A stretch of 64,000 nt of DNA, from assembly GCA_050951325.1 (NCBI GenBank), contig JBMNIW010000009.1, positions 1 to 64,000 of the forward strand. Reading direction: 5' to 3'. The notes under the pieces were generated by a model. That model did no database searches. It was not told where the DNA came from and saw only the letters and a list, made by a program, of their open reading frames with translations. This document shows positions 10,481 to 21,298 of the stretch, one piece after another. A program made the position numbers and the translations under genes. Each line of letters opens with the position of its first letter. Position 1 is the stretch's first letter. The stretch comes from Clostridia bacterium. Lineage in GTDB: Bacteria; Bacillota; Clostridia; UBA1212; DUPL01.

Positions 10481-11464
10481 ATGATGATACGAGAAAATTT
10501 TAAAATAGGAAATGTAAAACTGAATAACAATGTTTTTCTTGCACCACTTGCAGGCGCTACTGACAAATCCTTTCGCATACTCAGCAAGGAAATGGGAGCA
10601 GGTCTTGTCGTAACTGAAATGATAAGCGCCAAGGGAGTTTTCTACAACAACAAAAACACACTGGATCTCTTTGAGCATACTGATATGGAAAAACCTATCA
10701 GCGTGCAGATTTTTGGAAGCGAACCCGATGTAATGGCGGATGCAGCAAAATATTTCGAGCAATCCGGTGCAGACATAATAGACATTAACATGGGCTGCCC
10801 TACCCCTAAAATTACCGCAGGAAAAAGCGGCTCATACTTAATGACGGAACCGAAACTGGCAGGACTGATTATCGAAAAAGTGGCCAAAGCTGTTTCTATT
10901 CCTGTGACTGTGAAAATAAGGAGAGGGTACAAAACAGGTACTGAGAACGCACCTGAAATTGCAAGAATTGCAGAAGAGTCCGGCTGCGATGCAATCGCAG
11001 TCCATGGAAGGTTTGCGGATCAGTTCTACTCAGGACACAGCGACTGGGAAGTCATAAAGCGAGTGAAGGAAACGGTCAACATACCCGTGATTGGCAATGG
11101 TGATATAAAATGCGCAGAAGATGCAAAGAGGATGTTTGAGGAAACAAAATGCGATGCAATCATGGTAGGAAGAGGTGCTTTGGGCAATCCATGGATTTTC
11201 AAAGAAATTCTTACTTGTCTTAAAGACGGAAAGGTCTTGGAGAAGCCTTCTAAAGATGAAGTTCTTTCAATGATTGTTAGGCAGCTTGAAATGACTATTG
11301 AGCACAAGGGTGAATATACAGGTCTTCGGGAAATGAGAAAACATATAGCCTGGTATCTGAAAGGTTTTAAAAACAGCTCCAAAATGAGAGACCTTGTTTT
11401 CAGATGCGAGGACAAGCTTAAGATTGTTGAGCTCCTAAATATTTACTTTAATGAAAGTCTTTAA
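10481..11464 (+). CDS. dusB: tRNA-dihydrouridine synthase B
   Basis: LAPLAG, DINMGCP, VTVKIR, AVHGR, GNGDI, MVGRGALGNPW. Confidence 0.93.
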   Translation: MMIRENFKIGNVKLNNNVFLAPLAGATDKSFRILSKEMGAGLVVTEMISAKGVFYNNKNTLDLFEHTDMEKPISVQIFGSEPDVMADAAKYFEQSGADIIDINMGCPTPKITAGKSGSYLMTEPKLAGLIIEKVAKAVSIPVTVKIRRGYKTGTENAPEIARIAEESGCDAIAVHGRFADQFYSGHSDWEVIKRVKETVNIPVIGNGDIKCAEDAKRMFEETKCDAIMVGRGALGNPWIFKEILTCLKDGKVLEKPSKDEVLSMIVRQLEMTIEHKGEYTGLREMRKHIAWYLKGFKNSSKMRDLVFRCEDKLKIVELLNIYFNESL

Positions 11465-11527
11465 ACAACTTGACATTAATATTTTACAGAAATATAATAA
11501 ACATATAATTTCAGCTAGGAGGGAATC

Positions 11528-12472
11528 ATGAGAGTTAAAAGGTTGTTTTATCATAAGGCAATAGTTTTTTTGTTGGCTATCTGCTTGATTGTTGCATTCC
11601 CTCTATCTTCATGCACAAAAAAGAATGCTGTCAGTGACGAAACCAACCTAAGAGGCATTTATCAGGGAAAAGATCTAAAAGCAGACTTTTCACTAAGAGT
11701 AAATATCACCGACACAAAGAAATCAGTTTTTACAATCGCACTGATTGACGGAGTATTTGACATAAGCTACAGCTCCGGAGTCTATCATTGTACCCTGTCT
11801 TCCCTGCAAGCAAGACTTGATTCCACAGACGCAATGATGGATTACGATTCGGCAAATACATATTCCGACGAAGCAACCATTGTAAGGATTGCTCCATACA
11901 GTTCTTTCCTTGGTGTTACCTTCAAAGCAACCGTGGATGCAACAGGTAACATTACATCCTTGAGTGGGTTCAACCAGGTTGAGGAAAATATCAAGAAGTC
12001 ACTTGATGATTATGGAAACACGGTTGTGGAACAGGCAATATTTGCTGCAAAGGAATATCTTGATGAAAGCGTTATTAAATTAATTCTTGGTTTTTTCATA
12101 GGATATATTCCGGAAAAAGGCCTTGATGTAGATAAAAACTGGGAATATAACGGAAAGATAAAGGCACCTTTCATGCTGAACACGAATGTTTCATGCACGT
12201 TTAACAAAGTAGATGAAGGCAAATTCATAATATCAACTGCAGGGACGTTGAAAACCGCAATAGATGAGAAAAACTACTCGGGAATTGAATATGCGCTTAC
12301 TGGAACTTCCGAATCAAAAATTCATCTTTCGAAAACCGGGAAAGTTTTGAGAAACGGATCATATACTGAAAGTGTAACAGGATACTGCTATTACACTATC
12401 GACGGCAGTGATATAAAAGACACAATCACAATGACAAGAAACATATCATTTTCGATGAGGGAAAAAGAATGA
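11528..12472 (+). CDS. Putative lipoprotein (DUF6263-like)
   Basis: Signal peptide with lipobox LSSC; beta-rich body. Confidence 0.6.
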   Translation: MRVKRLFYHKAIVFLLAICLIVAFPLSSCTKKNAVSDETNLRGIYQGKDLKADFSLRVNITDTKKSVFTIALIDGVFDISYSSGVYHCTLSSLQARLDSTDAMMDYDSANTYSDEATIVRIAPYSSFLGVTFKATVDATGNITSLSGFNQVEENIKKSLDDYGNTVVEQAIFAAKEYLDESVIKLILGFFIGYIPEKGLDVDKNWEYNGKIKAPFMLNTNVSCTFNKVDEGKFIISTAGTLKTAIDEKNYSGIEYALTGTSESKIHLSKTGKVLRNGSYTESVTGYCYYTIDGSDIKDTITMTRNISFSMREKE

Positions 12473-13185
12473 AGGAATTTTTGACGAAACCTATTGCCCA
12501 TAGGGGATTACATAACGAAAAATACCCTGAAAACTCATTATCTGCTTTTAAAAATGCCATTGATTATGGCTTTCCTATTGAAATTGACATTCAACTTGCT
12601 TCCGACAACAATATCTACGTCTTCCATGATGCCAACTTAAAGAGAATGACCGGTTTTGACAAGCCTATTAATGAGAGCAGTAAAGAAGAGATAAGAAGAC
12701 TAAGGCTTGCAGATACAAACGAACATATTCCAACCTTGGAGGAAGTTTTCGTTCTTGTTGATGGCCAGGTTCCTCTCTTGATAGAGATAAAAAAATGCGG
12801 CAGACCAAAAGAGATAGCAAAAAACCTTTCCGAGATGCTCGAAACATACAAAGGCAAGGTAGCTGTGCAGTCCTTTTACCCTGATTACCTCTATCATTTT
12901 AAGAGATACAGTCCAAAAATAAAACGGGGACAACTGGCAACCGCAAGCTTCCCCGATGACATTCCTCAAATACAAAGATTTGTTTCAAGAAACATGTTTG
13001 GAAACCCTATAGTAAGGCCATCATTCATTACATACGATTTTAAATGCCTGCCCAGAAACGTAGTATCCTTCTACAAAAAGTTTGGATTGCCTGTTCTTGG
13101 ATATACCATAAGGAGTAAGGAAGAAGAAACGCAGGCAAGAAAGTATTGCAACAATATCATATTCGAAAACTATGTTCCAGATTAA
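12469..13185 (+). CDS. Glycerophosphodiester phosphodiesterase
   Basis: IAHRG, PENSLSAF, EIDIQ, FHD, IEIK. Confidence 0.9.
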   Translation: MKEFLTKPIAHRGLHNEKYPENSLSAFKNAIDYGFPIEIDIQLASDNNIYVFHDANLKRMTGFDKPINESSKEEIRRLRLADTNEHIPTLEEVFVLVDGQVPLLIEIKKCGRPKEIAKNLSEMLETYKGKVAVQSFYPDYLYHFKRYSPKIKRGQLATASFPDDIPQIQRFVSRNMFGNPIVRPSFITYDFKCLPRNVVSFYKKFGLPVLGYTIRSKEEETQARKYCNNIIFENYVPD

Positions 13186-13835
13186 TAACCAAAACTTTCT
13201 CCAACAATTACAACCTTTATCCTGTTCTTAACCTGCTGGTAGGAGGACACCACATAATTACAGCAAATTCTGTCTTCGGAGTCGCATCCTGCTCCCAGCT
13301 TGTATTTTGTTTTCTCATCCTCTATAGATATGCATCTTCCATGTTCCGCACAATATGTGTTTTTCTTAAGTCTTTTTGCATTCAATGGAGCTGCAAACTC
13401 TTTCACACGCAGAACAGCCTCATCCAAATCTTTGACTATCTTGTTTATCCCGACAATCACAACAACCTGTTTTGGACCATGAACAATTGCAGAAATCCTG
13501 TTGCAGTGTCCGTCCACATTAAGCATTTCCCCTTCTTCAGTAAGGGCATTAGTACTGGTTATGTAGCTGTCGCAAAAGGATGCCTGTCTGAACACATCCA
13601 ATACTTCTTCCCTGGTTTTATTCTCATCATATCTGTCTAAATAATCAAACTTCCCATTTCTAAGCCAATCGATAACACCACATTGAAAAAGGGTTTGAGA
13701 ACCTCCAACCGTTACCTTCTCCCCCTCTTTTACCATTGTTTCAAGAAGAGTTGTCACATCCTCTTTGGATTCTACAAAATACCCTTTTATGTTGTGTTTT
13801 CCAAGATTCCTGATTGTTCTTTCAATCTTTTCCAT
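13182..13835 (-). CDS. LUD-domain (lactate utilisation-like) protein
   Basis: VGGSQTL, STNALTEEG.MLNVDG..NR, GPKQVVVIVGINKIV, Cys-rich tail. Confidence 0.8.
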   Translation of the reverse strand: MEKIERTIRNLGKHNIKGYFVESKEDVTTLLETMVKEGEKVTVGGSQTLFQCGVIDWLRNGKFDYLDRYDENKTREEVLDVFRQASFCDSYITSTNALTEEGEMLNVDGHCNRISAIVHGPKQVVVIVGINKIVKDLDEAVLRVKEFAAPLNAKRLKKNTYCAEHGRCISIEDEKTKYKLGAGCDSEDRICCNYVVSSYQQVKNRIKVVIVGESFGY

Positions 13836-13949
13836 TCCTACCACTCCTTAAATATATTCTCAATATAATATATATCATATTTGCACAAACCCAACTAGTC
13901 TTTTTAAAAATATTGGAGTATAATATGTAAAAAAGGGAGTTATTACATA

Positions 13950-14651
13950 ATGAACAAGACAGTAATCGGAGTTACATCAAACAGACAACCAACAGTTTGG
14001 GAAGGCAGTATCGAAGGCTCATACTGCCACTCCATTATGCAATCCGGAGGTCTTCCATTACTTATTCCTCCTGTTGAAAATGAAGAACATTTTGACTGGC
14101 TGATGAAATGCTGTGACGGCTTTCTGTTTACTGGAGGAATTGACATACATCCAAAATATTTTGGAGAAGATATACTCAACGATACAGTGGAAATTGATGA
14201 AATACGGGATGCCTTTGAACTAAAACTCATAAAAAGAGCAATAGATGAAGACAAACCACTCCTTGCAATATGCAGAGGGGTACAGGTTCTGAATGTAGCT
14301 CTTGAAGGCACTCTATACCAGGACCTTCCAACCCAGCTTGATATTAATCACAGGGATTTAAGACCACTTCTTGAGGGAGGACATGAAGTAACAATACTAA
14401 AAGACTCACCACTGTATAAAATCATTAAAAAAAATATAATAATGGTAAACACAAGACACCACCAGTCAATAAAAGACCTTGGCAAGGGACTGTCCGTAAT
14501 GGCTGTTTCCAACGATGATGTCATTGAAGCTGTTTACATGCCTGAAAAAAGATATGTAGTGGGAGTTCAGTGGCATCCTGAAATGCTGGCACATAAGTAC
14601 AAGACTCATAAAGTCATTTTTGATGACTTTATCAAACACTGTCAATGTTGA
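13950..14651 (+). CDS. Peptidase C26 / gamma-glutamyl-GABA hydrolase family (class I GATase)
   Basis: GGIDI, AICRGVQVLN, HHQ, VQWHPE. Confidence 0.9.
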   Translation: MNKTVIGVTSNRQPTVWEGSIEGSYCHSIMQSGGLPLLIPPVENEEHFDWLMKCCDGFLFTGGIDIHPKYFGEDILNDTVEIDEIRDAFELKLIKRAIDEDKPLLAICRGVQVLNVALEGTLYQDLPTQLDINHRDLRPLLEGGHEVTILKDSPLYKIIKKNIIMVNTRHHQSIKDLGKGLSVMAVSNDDVIEAVYMPEKRYVVGVQWHPEMLAHKYKTHKVIFDDFIKHCQC

Positions 14652-14719
14652 AGTATTCAATTATCTAAGATATAATACAGTGCGTGATTGAGGACAACAT
14701 GTAGAAGAGAGGTAATGAA

Positions 14720-17065
14720 ATGGATAATAATAATTTTAACTTTACTAACTGCAAATGGTTGTGGGTAAACGCAGCCAGGGATGAAAAGTACGAGAATATT
14801 TATACACAATATATGGACTCGTTCACCATAACAGAAGAACCTCAGAAAATTGTATTACACATTAGTGCCGACAGTGAATACGTTGCCTGGGTCAACGGAA
14901 AACTTGCCGGATACGGACAGTATGCGGATTTCCCCGAATACAAGGTTTATGACAGTCTTGACATTACAAGCCTTGTAAACGATATTGGAGAAAAGAACAC
15001 ATTATGCATACTCACCTATCATCAGGGACGCAGCACCTCTGTATATAAAAGAGGATTGCCCGGAGTAATATACGGTGTTGAACAAGATAATAGCACCGTA
15101 TTGTACAGCAGTGGCAACGCACTGTGCAGGATAAGTCCTGATTATATGAGTGGAACTTTGCCCCTTACAACCCCTCAGCTGAGCTTTGTATTTGAGTTTG
15201 ATTTCAACGGTTATGACAACTGGAACCAGGAAGGATATGAATATGCCATGGTAGGAGACATGGCATGGGGCAAGGCTTATGCGTATGAAAATACTCAAAA
15301 GCTTTTTCCAAGACCTATAAAAAAGCTTGAACTTGGAGACAGAATCGAGCCTAAAATTGTAGCTCAGGGCGTATATAAATACAGTGCACACGCGGAACCG
15401 GAAACAACAGCTGCAAAAATGCAGTTTTCATACCTCTCCTACAGGGATGCTCATGTTCTGTATGGAGATGCTCCATGCACCACCCTTCCAAAAGAAAACG
15501 GGCTTGTTTTCAAGAACAACTCAGGGGATGACGATGGCATCTATATTGTGCTTGATTTGCACAGAGAAGAAAGCGGAGTTTTTGAAATAGATATAACAGC
15601 TCCTGAAGGAACAGTTATTAATATTGGATATGGAGAGCATCTGGATGATTTGAGGGTCAGATCCTATGTGGGAACCAGAAACTTTTCCGGCAAACTCACC
15701 GCCAGCGGGAAAAGAGATCAATTCACCCATTATATAAAACGCTTTGGCTGCAGATATATCCAACTGTATGTGGAAGCAAAGGAATTCACCTTGTACTATG
15801 CGGGCCTTAGACCAACGAACTACCCAATTGAATACAAGGGAGTGTTTGCATGCTCCGATTCACTTCACAACAAAATATATGAAATAAGCTTGAGAACCCT
15901 TCTCCTTTGCATGCATGAGCATTATGAGGACTGCCCTTGGAGGGAGCAGGCTCTTTACGCCATGGACTCAAGAAACCAGATGCTGTGCGGCTACTATGCT
16001 TTTGGAGAGTATGATTTTGCAAGGGAAAGCATTAGACTATTGGGATTGAGCCAGAGAGATGATGGCTTTTTGGAGCTTTGCGCACCTGCTGAAATACCAA
16101 TTACAATCCCCTGCTTTACACTGATGTGGATTGTACAACTCTATGAGCACATACTTTTCACAGGCGATCTTGATTTTGCCCAGGAGATGTGGAAGCATGT
16201 GGAGCAAATAATCAGATCCGTATGGATTCACTCCAGGGGAAGCGATTTGGTACCACCGTATTACAACGACAAGTACTGGAACTTCTATGAGTGGTCCGAT
16301 GGTTTGGCTGGGGACAGGTCCTTAAACAACATGCGCGACAAGGATAATCCGCTAAATTTCGATGCACCCCTTAACGCCTTCTATTATCTTGCCCTGCGTT
16401 CTGCAGTGCAGATTGCAAAGAATCTTGCAGATTACACAAAGGACGCAAATTATCGCGACCTTGAAGCCTGGTACGACATGATGGCTGCAGGTGTGTTGAA
16501 TAATTTTGACAAAACCTTCTGGGATGAAGAGAAGGAAGTTTATGCAACTTACCTTATCAACGGCGAAAAACATCACTATTCTGAACTTACAAATGCCCTT
16601 GCATTGTATGCAGGTTTGGTCCCTGAAAGTAAAAAGGAGAAAGTGGCCCATATGCTTGCCCACGGAAAAGATTTGGTGCCAATTACAATAAGCCACAGTA
16701 TTTTCAAGTATGAAGCCCTGCTTTCAGTAAGTGACGAGTATGGGAAGTACGTATTCGATGAAATTACAGACAAATGGGGATACATGCTTTACAACAATGC
16801 GACCACCTTCTGGGAGACAATAAATGGAGCATGGGACTTTTCCAATGCTGGTTCTCTTTGCCATGGCTGGTCGGCCATTCCTGTAATCTTTTACTACAAA
16901 TATGTCCTTGGCATATCTCCTCTGACAGTCGGATTCACGGACTACAAATTCAGTCCAATCCCCACTCCTCTTTATGCGGCAGAAGGAAAAATACCATCCG
17001 GTAAAATGGATTATCATGTATCCATAACACCGAATGGTTTCAAAATCAATAAAATAAAACATTAA
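14720..17065 (+). CDS. GH78 alpha-L-rhamnosidase-like glycoside hydrolase
   Basis: YEDCPWREQALY, ATTFWE, SLCHGWS. Confidence 0.85.
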   Translation: MDNNNFNFTNCKWLWVNAARDEKYENIYTQYMDSFTITEEPQKIVLHISADSEYVAWVNGKLAGYGQYADFPEYKVYDSLDITSLVNDIGEKNTLCILTYHQGRSTSVYKRGLPGVIYGVEQDNSTVLYSSGNALCRISPDYMSGTLPLTTPQLSFVFEFDFNGYDNWNQEGYEYAMVGDMAWGKAYAYENTQKLFPRPIKKLELGDRIEPKIVAQGVYKYSAHAEPETTAAKMQFSYLSYRDAHVLYGDAPCTTLPKENGLVFKNNSGDDDGIYIVLDLHREESGVFEIDITAPEGTVINIGYGEHLDDLRVRSYVGTRNFSGKLTASGKRDQFTHYIKRFGCRYIQLYVEAKEFTLYYAGLRPTNYPIEYKGVFACSDSLHNKIYEISLRTLLLCMHEHYEDCPWREQALYAMDSRNQMLCGYYAFGEYDFARESIRLLGLSQRDDGFLELCAPAEIPITIPCFTLMWIVQLYEHILFTGDLDFAQEMWKHVEQIIRSVWIHSRGSDLVPPYYNDKYWNFYEWSDGLAGDRSLNNMRDKDNPLNFDAPLNAFYYLALRSAVQIAKNLADYTKDANYRDLEAWYDMMAAGVLNNFDKTFWDEEKEVYATYLINGEKHHYSELTNALALYAGLVPESKKEKVAHMLAHGKDLVPITISHSIFKYEALLSVSDEYGKYVFDEITDKWGYMLYNNATTFWETINGAWDFSNAGSLCHGWSAIPVIFYYKYVLGISPLTVGFTDYKFSPIPTPLYAAEGKIPSGKMDYHVSITPNGFKINKIKH

Positions 17066-18240
17066 TCTACAACAATTATATCACAAGCTCCACCAGTGAT
17101 ACATTCGGCACCGTCCCTACCTATAACATAGGTTTCCTCTACACCGACGGTGCCTATGTTTTTTACAGCACATTTCGGTTCGAGACTTACAACCATGTTT
17201 TGTTTCAAAGGCATATTGAATCCTTTGGCGATGATGGGAAACTCATCTATATGCAAACCTACTCCATGACCTAAAAACCTTACAGGATCATACATCCCCA
17301 TAAAATTCTCATTAAGACAATCTGGCAAAGAGGCCATAACTTCCTCATATATCTCCGATGGTATTGCTCCTTCTTTCATCATGTCTGCTGTTGTCTTTTG
17401 AGCTATCATACAGGCTCTGTGAATCTCCAGTGCCCTGTCATCGGGTTTTGCCTTGAAGGAGTAGACTTGGGATTTGTCACTGTGGTATCCATCCACACCA
17501 TAACCAACATCCACAAACACAATATCACCTTTCTTAAGATATCTGTTCCTATCCCCTATTATGGGGACAGCAGGACTCATGCCTTTCATGCCTCCTGGAC
17601 CGTCAAAATTTGTAGGATACGTTGAGTTGTCTCCAAATCCTGTCTGACCAATAACCATCTCCATCTGGAACATGTTGAATCTGGATATACCATGATATCC
17701 CAGTTTCAACATGTGAGTGTAAAGTTCGGAAAGAAAGTCCGTTTCGCTCATTCCCTCTCTCAATATTGATGGTATAATGCTGGTCATTAAATAATTGTGC
17801 TGTCTTCCAGACTCTTTAATAAATTCCAGCTCATAATCACTTTTGACAGCCCTCAGCACGAGTATTTCCTTGTCAATGGACTTTACAGCATCAAACTTGA
17901 AATATTTTTGAAGTCTCTCCTTGATAGCTATCGTTACCGTCTGGGTTTCCATGTACACAACACCAAGCTCATTAGGCAGATAATCCAAAATGTCCTTGTA
18001 TGTCTTCATGGGATAAACCAAGTCCAAAGGACATTCCAGCTTTGCCCTGTCATAGCTTCTCCTGACAAAAAACATTACTGTTCCGTCTTTTCTTAATACA
18101 AGAACTCCATCCTGCATTGTGCCGGTAAAATAGTATTGATTTATCCTGTTTATGATTATTATAGTATCGTAATCCTTATCCTTCATCACATCATAAAGAT
18201 TCAATATCCTTTTTTCAAGTTCCGCTTTTGGCGTGCTCAT
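17062..18240 (-). CDS. M24 Xaa-Pro aminopeptidase family protein
   Basis: LRAVKS, DVGY..DGYHSD, GHGVGLHIDEFP, SLEPK, GVEET. Confidence 0.88.
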   Translation of the reverse strand: MSTPKAELEKRILNLYDVMKDKDYDTIIIINRINQYYFTGTMQDGVLVLRKDGTVMFFVRRSYDRAKLECPLDLVYPMKTYKDILDYLPNELGVVYMETQTVTIAIKERLQKYFKFDAVKSIDKEILVLRAVKSDYELEFIKESGRQHNYLMTSIIPSILREGMSETDFLSELYTHMLKLGYHGISRFNMFQMEMVIGQTGFGDNSTYPTNFDGPGGMKGMSPAVPIIGDRNRYLKKGDIVFVDVGYGVDGYHSDKSQVYSFKAKPDDRALEIHRACMIAQKTTADMMKEGAIPSEIYEEVMASLPDCLNENFMGMYDPVRFLGHGVGLHIDEFPIIAKGFNMPLKQNMVVSLEPKCAVKNIGTVGVEETYVIGRDGAECITGGACDIIVVD

Positions 18241-18951
18241 TTAACCAGCCCCCTTTGAACAGATTACATTGTTTATATAATCAAAATGTATGTTGGTTGT
18301 ACTCTTCAACTTAGAAACAAGATTGTTTCTTTTTTTCTCTCCCAAGTCCTTTTCCAGGACCATTATGAATCCTGCACCATTTTCAATCATTTTTTGTACA
18401 TTTTTATCAAGACAAGTCACGTTTTCAAGGAAATATGTATCCTCTGCCCTGCCTTTAAAAACATCAATATCCTTTACAGTTATTTTGGTCCTATCTTTCA
18501 AAAGAAATGATATTCTTTTTAAAGTTTCTCTCATACTTTTAGGTTTTCTACCATATGTGGCATTATCTTCCGTAAGATCCTTTTTGCTTTTTTGTATCAA
18601 AAAGGATAGAATCACTGCTTTTTCAGTAAAATCAACATATTCGTATTTTTCTTTAAGGCAATTAAAATAGTTGTCCTTGTCAAAATCAAACTGACAAGAC
18701 CACAGTTTCTCATAACCGTCAGACACAAACTCAGGAGACTTTATAATCAACCCAAAAAGGTGAGCCAATATTTCATCATTAAAATCAAACCAAAAATCTC
18801 CCTCAAATCCCTTTTCAGCACATAAAAGAGAAAAATATAGAAAAGAGGCAAAGGGCTCTATTATTCTCTTTGTGCTCTTTGCCACGTATTCACAATACTT
18901 CAAATACTGCTTCCTTTTTGAGTTTGTTAATCTTCCTACAGATGGAATCAT
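18241..18951 (-). CDS. Degenerate Dam-like (D12 class) DNA adenine methyltransferase homologue
   Basis: [18 protein letters not shown]...YFN resemble the Dam N-terminus; no DPPY (FLENVT at the equivalent position). Confidence 0.55.
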   Translation of the reverse strand: MIPSVGRLTNSKRKQYLKYCEYVAKSTKRIIEPFASFLYFSLLCAEKGFEGDFWFDFNDEILAHLFGLIIKSPEFVSDGYEKLWSCQFDFDKDNYFNCLKEKYEYVDFTEKAVILSFLIQKSKKDLTEDNATYGRKPKSMRETLKRISFLLKDRTKITVKDIDVFKGRAEDTYFLENVTCLDKNVQKMIENGAGFIMVLEKDLGEKKRNNLVSKLKSTTNIHFDYINNVICSKGAG

Positions 18952-20138
18952 GAATTCCTAACCTTTTCAATAAGTAAATCCACCTTGTCTGTATTTTCCC
19001 ATGGAAGAGAAAGATCAGTTCTGCCGAAGTGTCCATATGCAGCCAGTTTTCCATAGAGTGGAGACCTTAAATTGAACTCATTGATAATCGAGCTTGGTCT
19101 CATGTCAAATATGTCAATAACCGCCTGTTCTAACTTTGAAACTTCTGCCCTTTCTGTTCCGAAGGTTTCAATCCTGACAGACACTGGCCTTGCCACACCT
19201 ATGGCATATGCAATCTGTATTTCGCATTTGTCAGCAAGTCCTGCGGCTACAATGTTTTTTGCAATATACCTTGCCATATATGCACCGGAGCGGTCAACTT
19301 TAGTCGGATCCTTTCCTGAGAATGCACCGCCACCATGCCTGCCCATACCACCATAAGTATCCACAATTATTTTTCTGCCGGTAAGTCCGGAGTCCCCACA
19401 TGGACCTCCAATAACAAAACGACCGGTGGGATTTATATAAAAGGTTGTATTTTCATCTATTAGATTTTCAGGAATGGTTTTCAACACAACTTCGTTTATA
19501 ATATCCTTCCTGATTGTTTCGTTGTCCACATCTTCTGCATGCTGTGAAGAAACAACCACGGTGTCCACCCTGAATGGTTTGTCATTTTCGTCATACTCAA
19601 CAGTAACCTGGGCTTTGCCATCAGGTCTAAGGTATGGCAGGATACCTTCCTTGCGAACTTGAGCAAGTCTCTTGCACAACTTATGAGCAAGAACAAGGGA
19701 AAGCGGCATAAGTTCCGGTGTTTCGTTGCATGCAAAGCCAAACATCAAGCCCTGGTCGCCTGCGCCGTGCTCCACTTCCGCACCTTCCACCTTCGACTCA
19801 TAAGATCTGTCCACCCCCATTGCAATATCTTCAGACTGGGCATTAACAGTATTAATAACTGCACAGGTATCTGCATCAAAACCAATTTCTGAACTGGTGT
19901 ATCCAATATTACGCAATGTGTTTCTTGCTATCTTTTCGTAATCTACAAATGCTTTTGTAGTTATTTCGCCCATAATGTGGATAAGCCCGGTTGTAGCCGT
20001 TACCTCGCAGGCAACTCTGGATTCCGGATCCTCTTTCAACAAAGCATCCAATATGTTGTCAGCAATCTGGTCGCAAATTTTGTCCGGATGTCCTTCGGTT
20101 ACTGATTCTGATGTAAATAGTTTTCTTGCCATTTGCAT
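18948..20138 (-). CDS. metK: S-adenosylmethionine synthetase
   Basis: [34 protein letters not shown]. Confidence 0.98.
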   Translation of the reverse strand: MQMARKLFTSESVTEGHPDKICDQIADNILDALLKEDPESRVACEVTATTGLIHIMGEITTKAFVDYEKIARNTLRNIGYTSSEIGFDADTCAVINTVNAQSEDIAMGVDRSYESKVEGAEVEHGAGDQGLMFGFACNETPELMPLSLVLAHKLCKRLAQVRKEGILPYLRPDGKAQVTVEYDENDKPFRVDTVVVSSQHAEDVDNETIRKDIINEVVLKTIPENLIDENTTFYINPTGRFVIGGPCGDSGLTGRKIIVDTYGGMGRHGGGAFSGKDPTKVDRSGAYMARYIAKNIVAAGLADKCEIQIAYAIGVARPVSVRIETFGTERAEVSKLEQAVIDIFDMRPSSIINEFNLRSPLYGKLAAYGHFGRTDLSLPWENTDKVDLLIEKVRNS

Positions 20139-20261
20139 ACCCCTTCATTAATTATTGCCTAAGGCGTCCTTTATTATATCACATTTATTCCCACACTACT
20201 AATATCAAAGGTATAAATTATCGTTAACTTGGTGATAATATTATGACGGAGGTGATAGTTT

Positions 20262-20450
20262 ATGATGGATATGCCGGCAAACCTGAAGGATTTGCTTGCA
20301 AATAACAGAGAAGCGATGGAATGCTTCCTCCACCTTCCTGAAGATATACAGAACAACATCATATTGCGTGCAAAAACTATTAAGAAGAAGCACGAAATGG
20401 ACAACCTGATGAATTCTTTAACTTGTAACCATAAACAAGCCAATTGCTAA
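20262..20450 (+). CDS. Small hypothetical protein
   Basis: GGAGGTG RBS; 62 aa with LANNREAMECFLHLPEDIQ typical of small clostridial proteins. Confidence 0.6.
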   Translation: MMDMPANLKDLLANNREAMECFLHLPEDIQNNIILRAKTIKKKHEMDNLMNSLTCNHKQANC

Positions 20451-21087
20451 CAACAGGCCTTGCATCATCACCCCTCATTCCTGATTTGACGCCTGAGTTG
20501 TATAAGATTCGAATTACCAGTTCATCAATACGGCTCAGGCGCGTATTTTCTGAATAACCGTTGTAGAAAATACTATCCTCATGCAAATCGCTGTCATTTA
20601 GAAGTCCAAGCATTTGCGTCATTTCCTCCAGGATGACATGATGTCTCTGGCATTGGTTGGTTCTATCGTAAACAATCAAAATCTCCGCATTTGTTATCTC
20701 ATATCTTTCATTCCAAAAACACCGAACAAATCCCCACACAATCTCATCAACACAAACCTTCTGAGACATCTCCCATTGGGTTATAAAGTTTACATATACA
20801 TTTGCCTCATTCATGTCACGTACCAGCTTGACACGAGGAATACCTTCAATGGAATTCAGATAATCAACATGCCCTTTTATTACCTCGTAATCCTCCCTTG
20901 TAAAATTACCCATAACGTATATATTAATAGGCATTTTCCACTTTTTTATAACCCCGCTGCCATCTCCGTACTCGCATTCCAATGCAATCTCTAGGAAATA
21001 ATCAACAACACTTTCAGATGCGTTATTCTGAAAGAATGCAACACAAACAAAAATACTGAAAACAAGATACACAAATGCCCTTTTCAT
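20380..21087 (-). CDS. DUF2927-like secreted protein
   Basis: Signal peptide; ILEEMTQMLGLLNDS...SIFY, LYN..VKSGM. Confidence 0.7.
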   Translation of the reverse strand: MKRAFVYLVFSIFVCVAFFQNNASESVVDYFLEIALECEYGDGSGVIKKWKMPINIYVMGNFTREDYEVIKGHVDYLNSIEGIPRVKLVRDMNEANVYVNFITQWEMSQKVCVDEIVWGFVRCFWNERYEITNAEILIVYDRTNQCQRHHVILEEMTQMLGLLNDSDLHEDSIFYNGYSENTRLSRIDELVIRILYNSGVKSGMRGDDARPVVSNWLVYGYKLKNSSGCPFRASS

Positions 21088-21298
21088 AAAAAACTCCCAA
21101 AGAATGAATATATTCTTATTCTGTGCAAATAATCTAATTTTACACAGATTTTAGTGTGTCAAACAGGAAAAATGTCATACAATCACTCTTGAACCAAGCA
21201 TATTTAACTGCTATACTGAATTAGGCTGTGTTGAAAAATCAGTCCAGAAATGATAACATAAATAGGTTTAAAATATAAATGTGAATTGAGGAAAACTA

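Noticed and set aside
18241-18951. Active restriction-modification methyltransferase
   Set aside because: Catalytic DPPY motif absent and no cognate nuclease adjacent.
20139-20200. SAM riboswitch (S-box or SMK) upstream of metK
   Set aside because: Only a faint GCCTT...AAGGGG similarity; the leader is too short and core motifs are absent.
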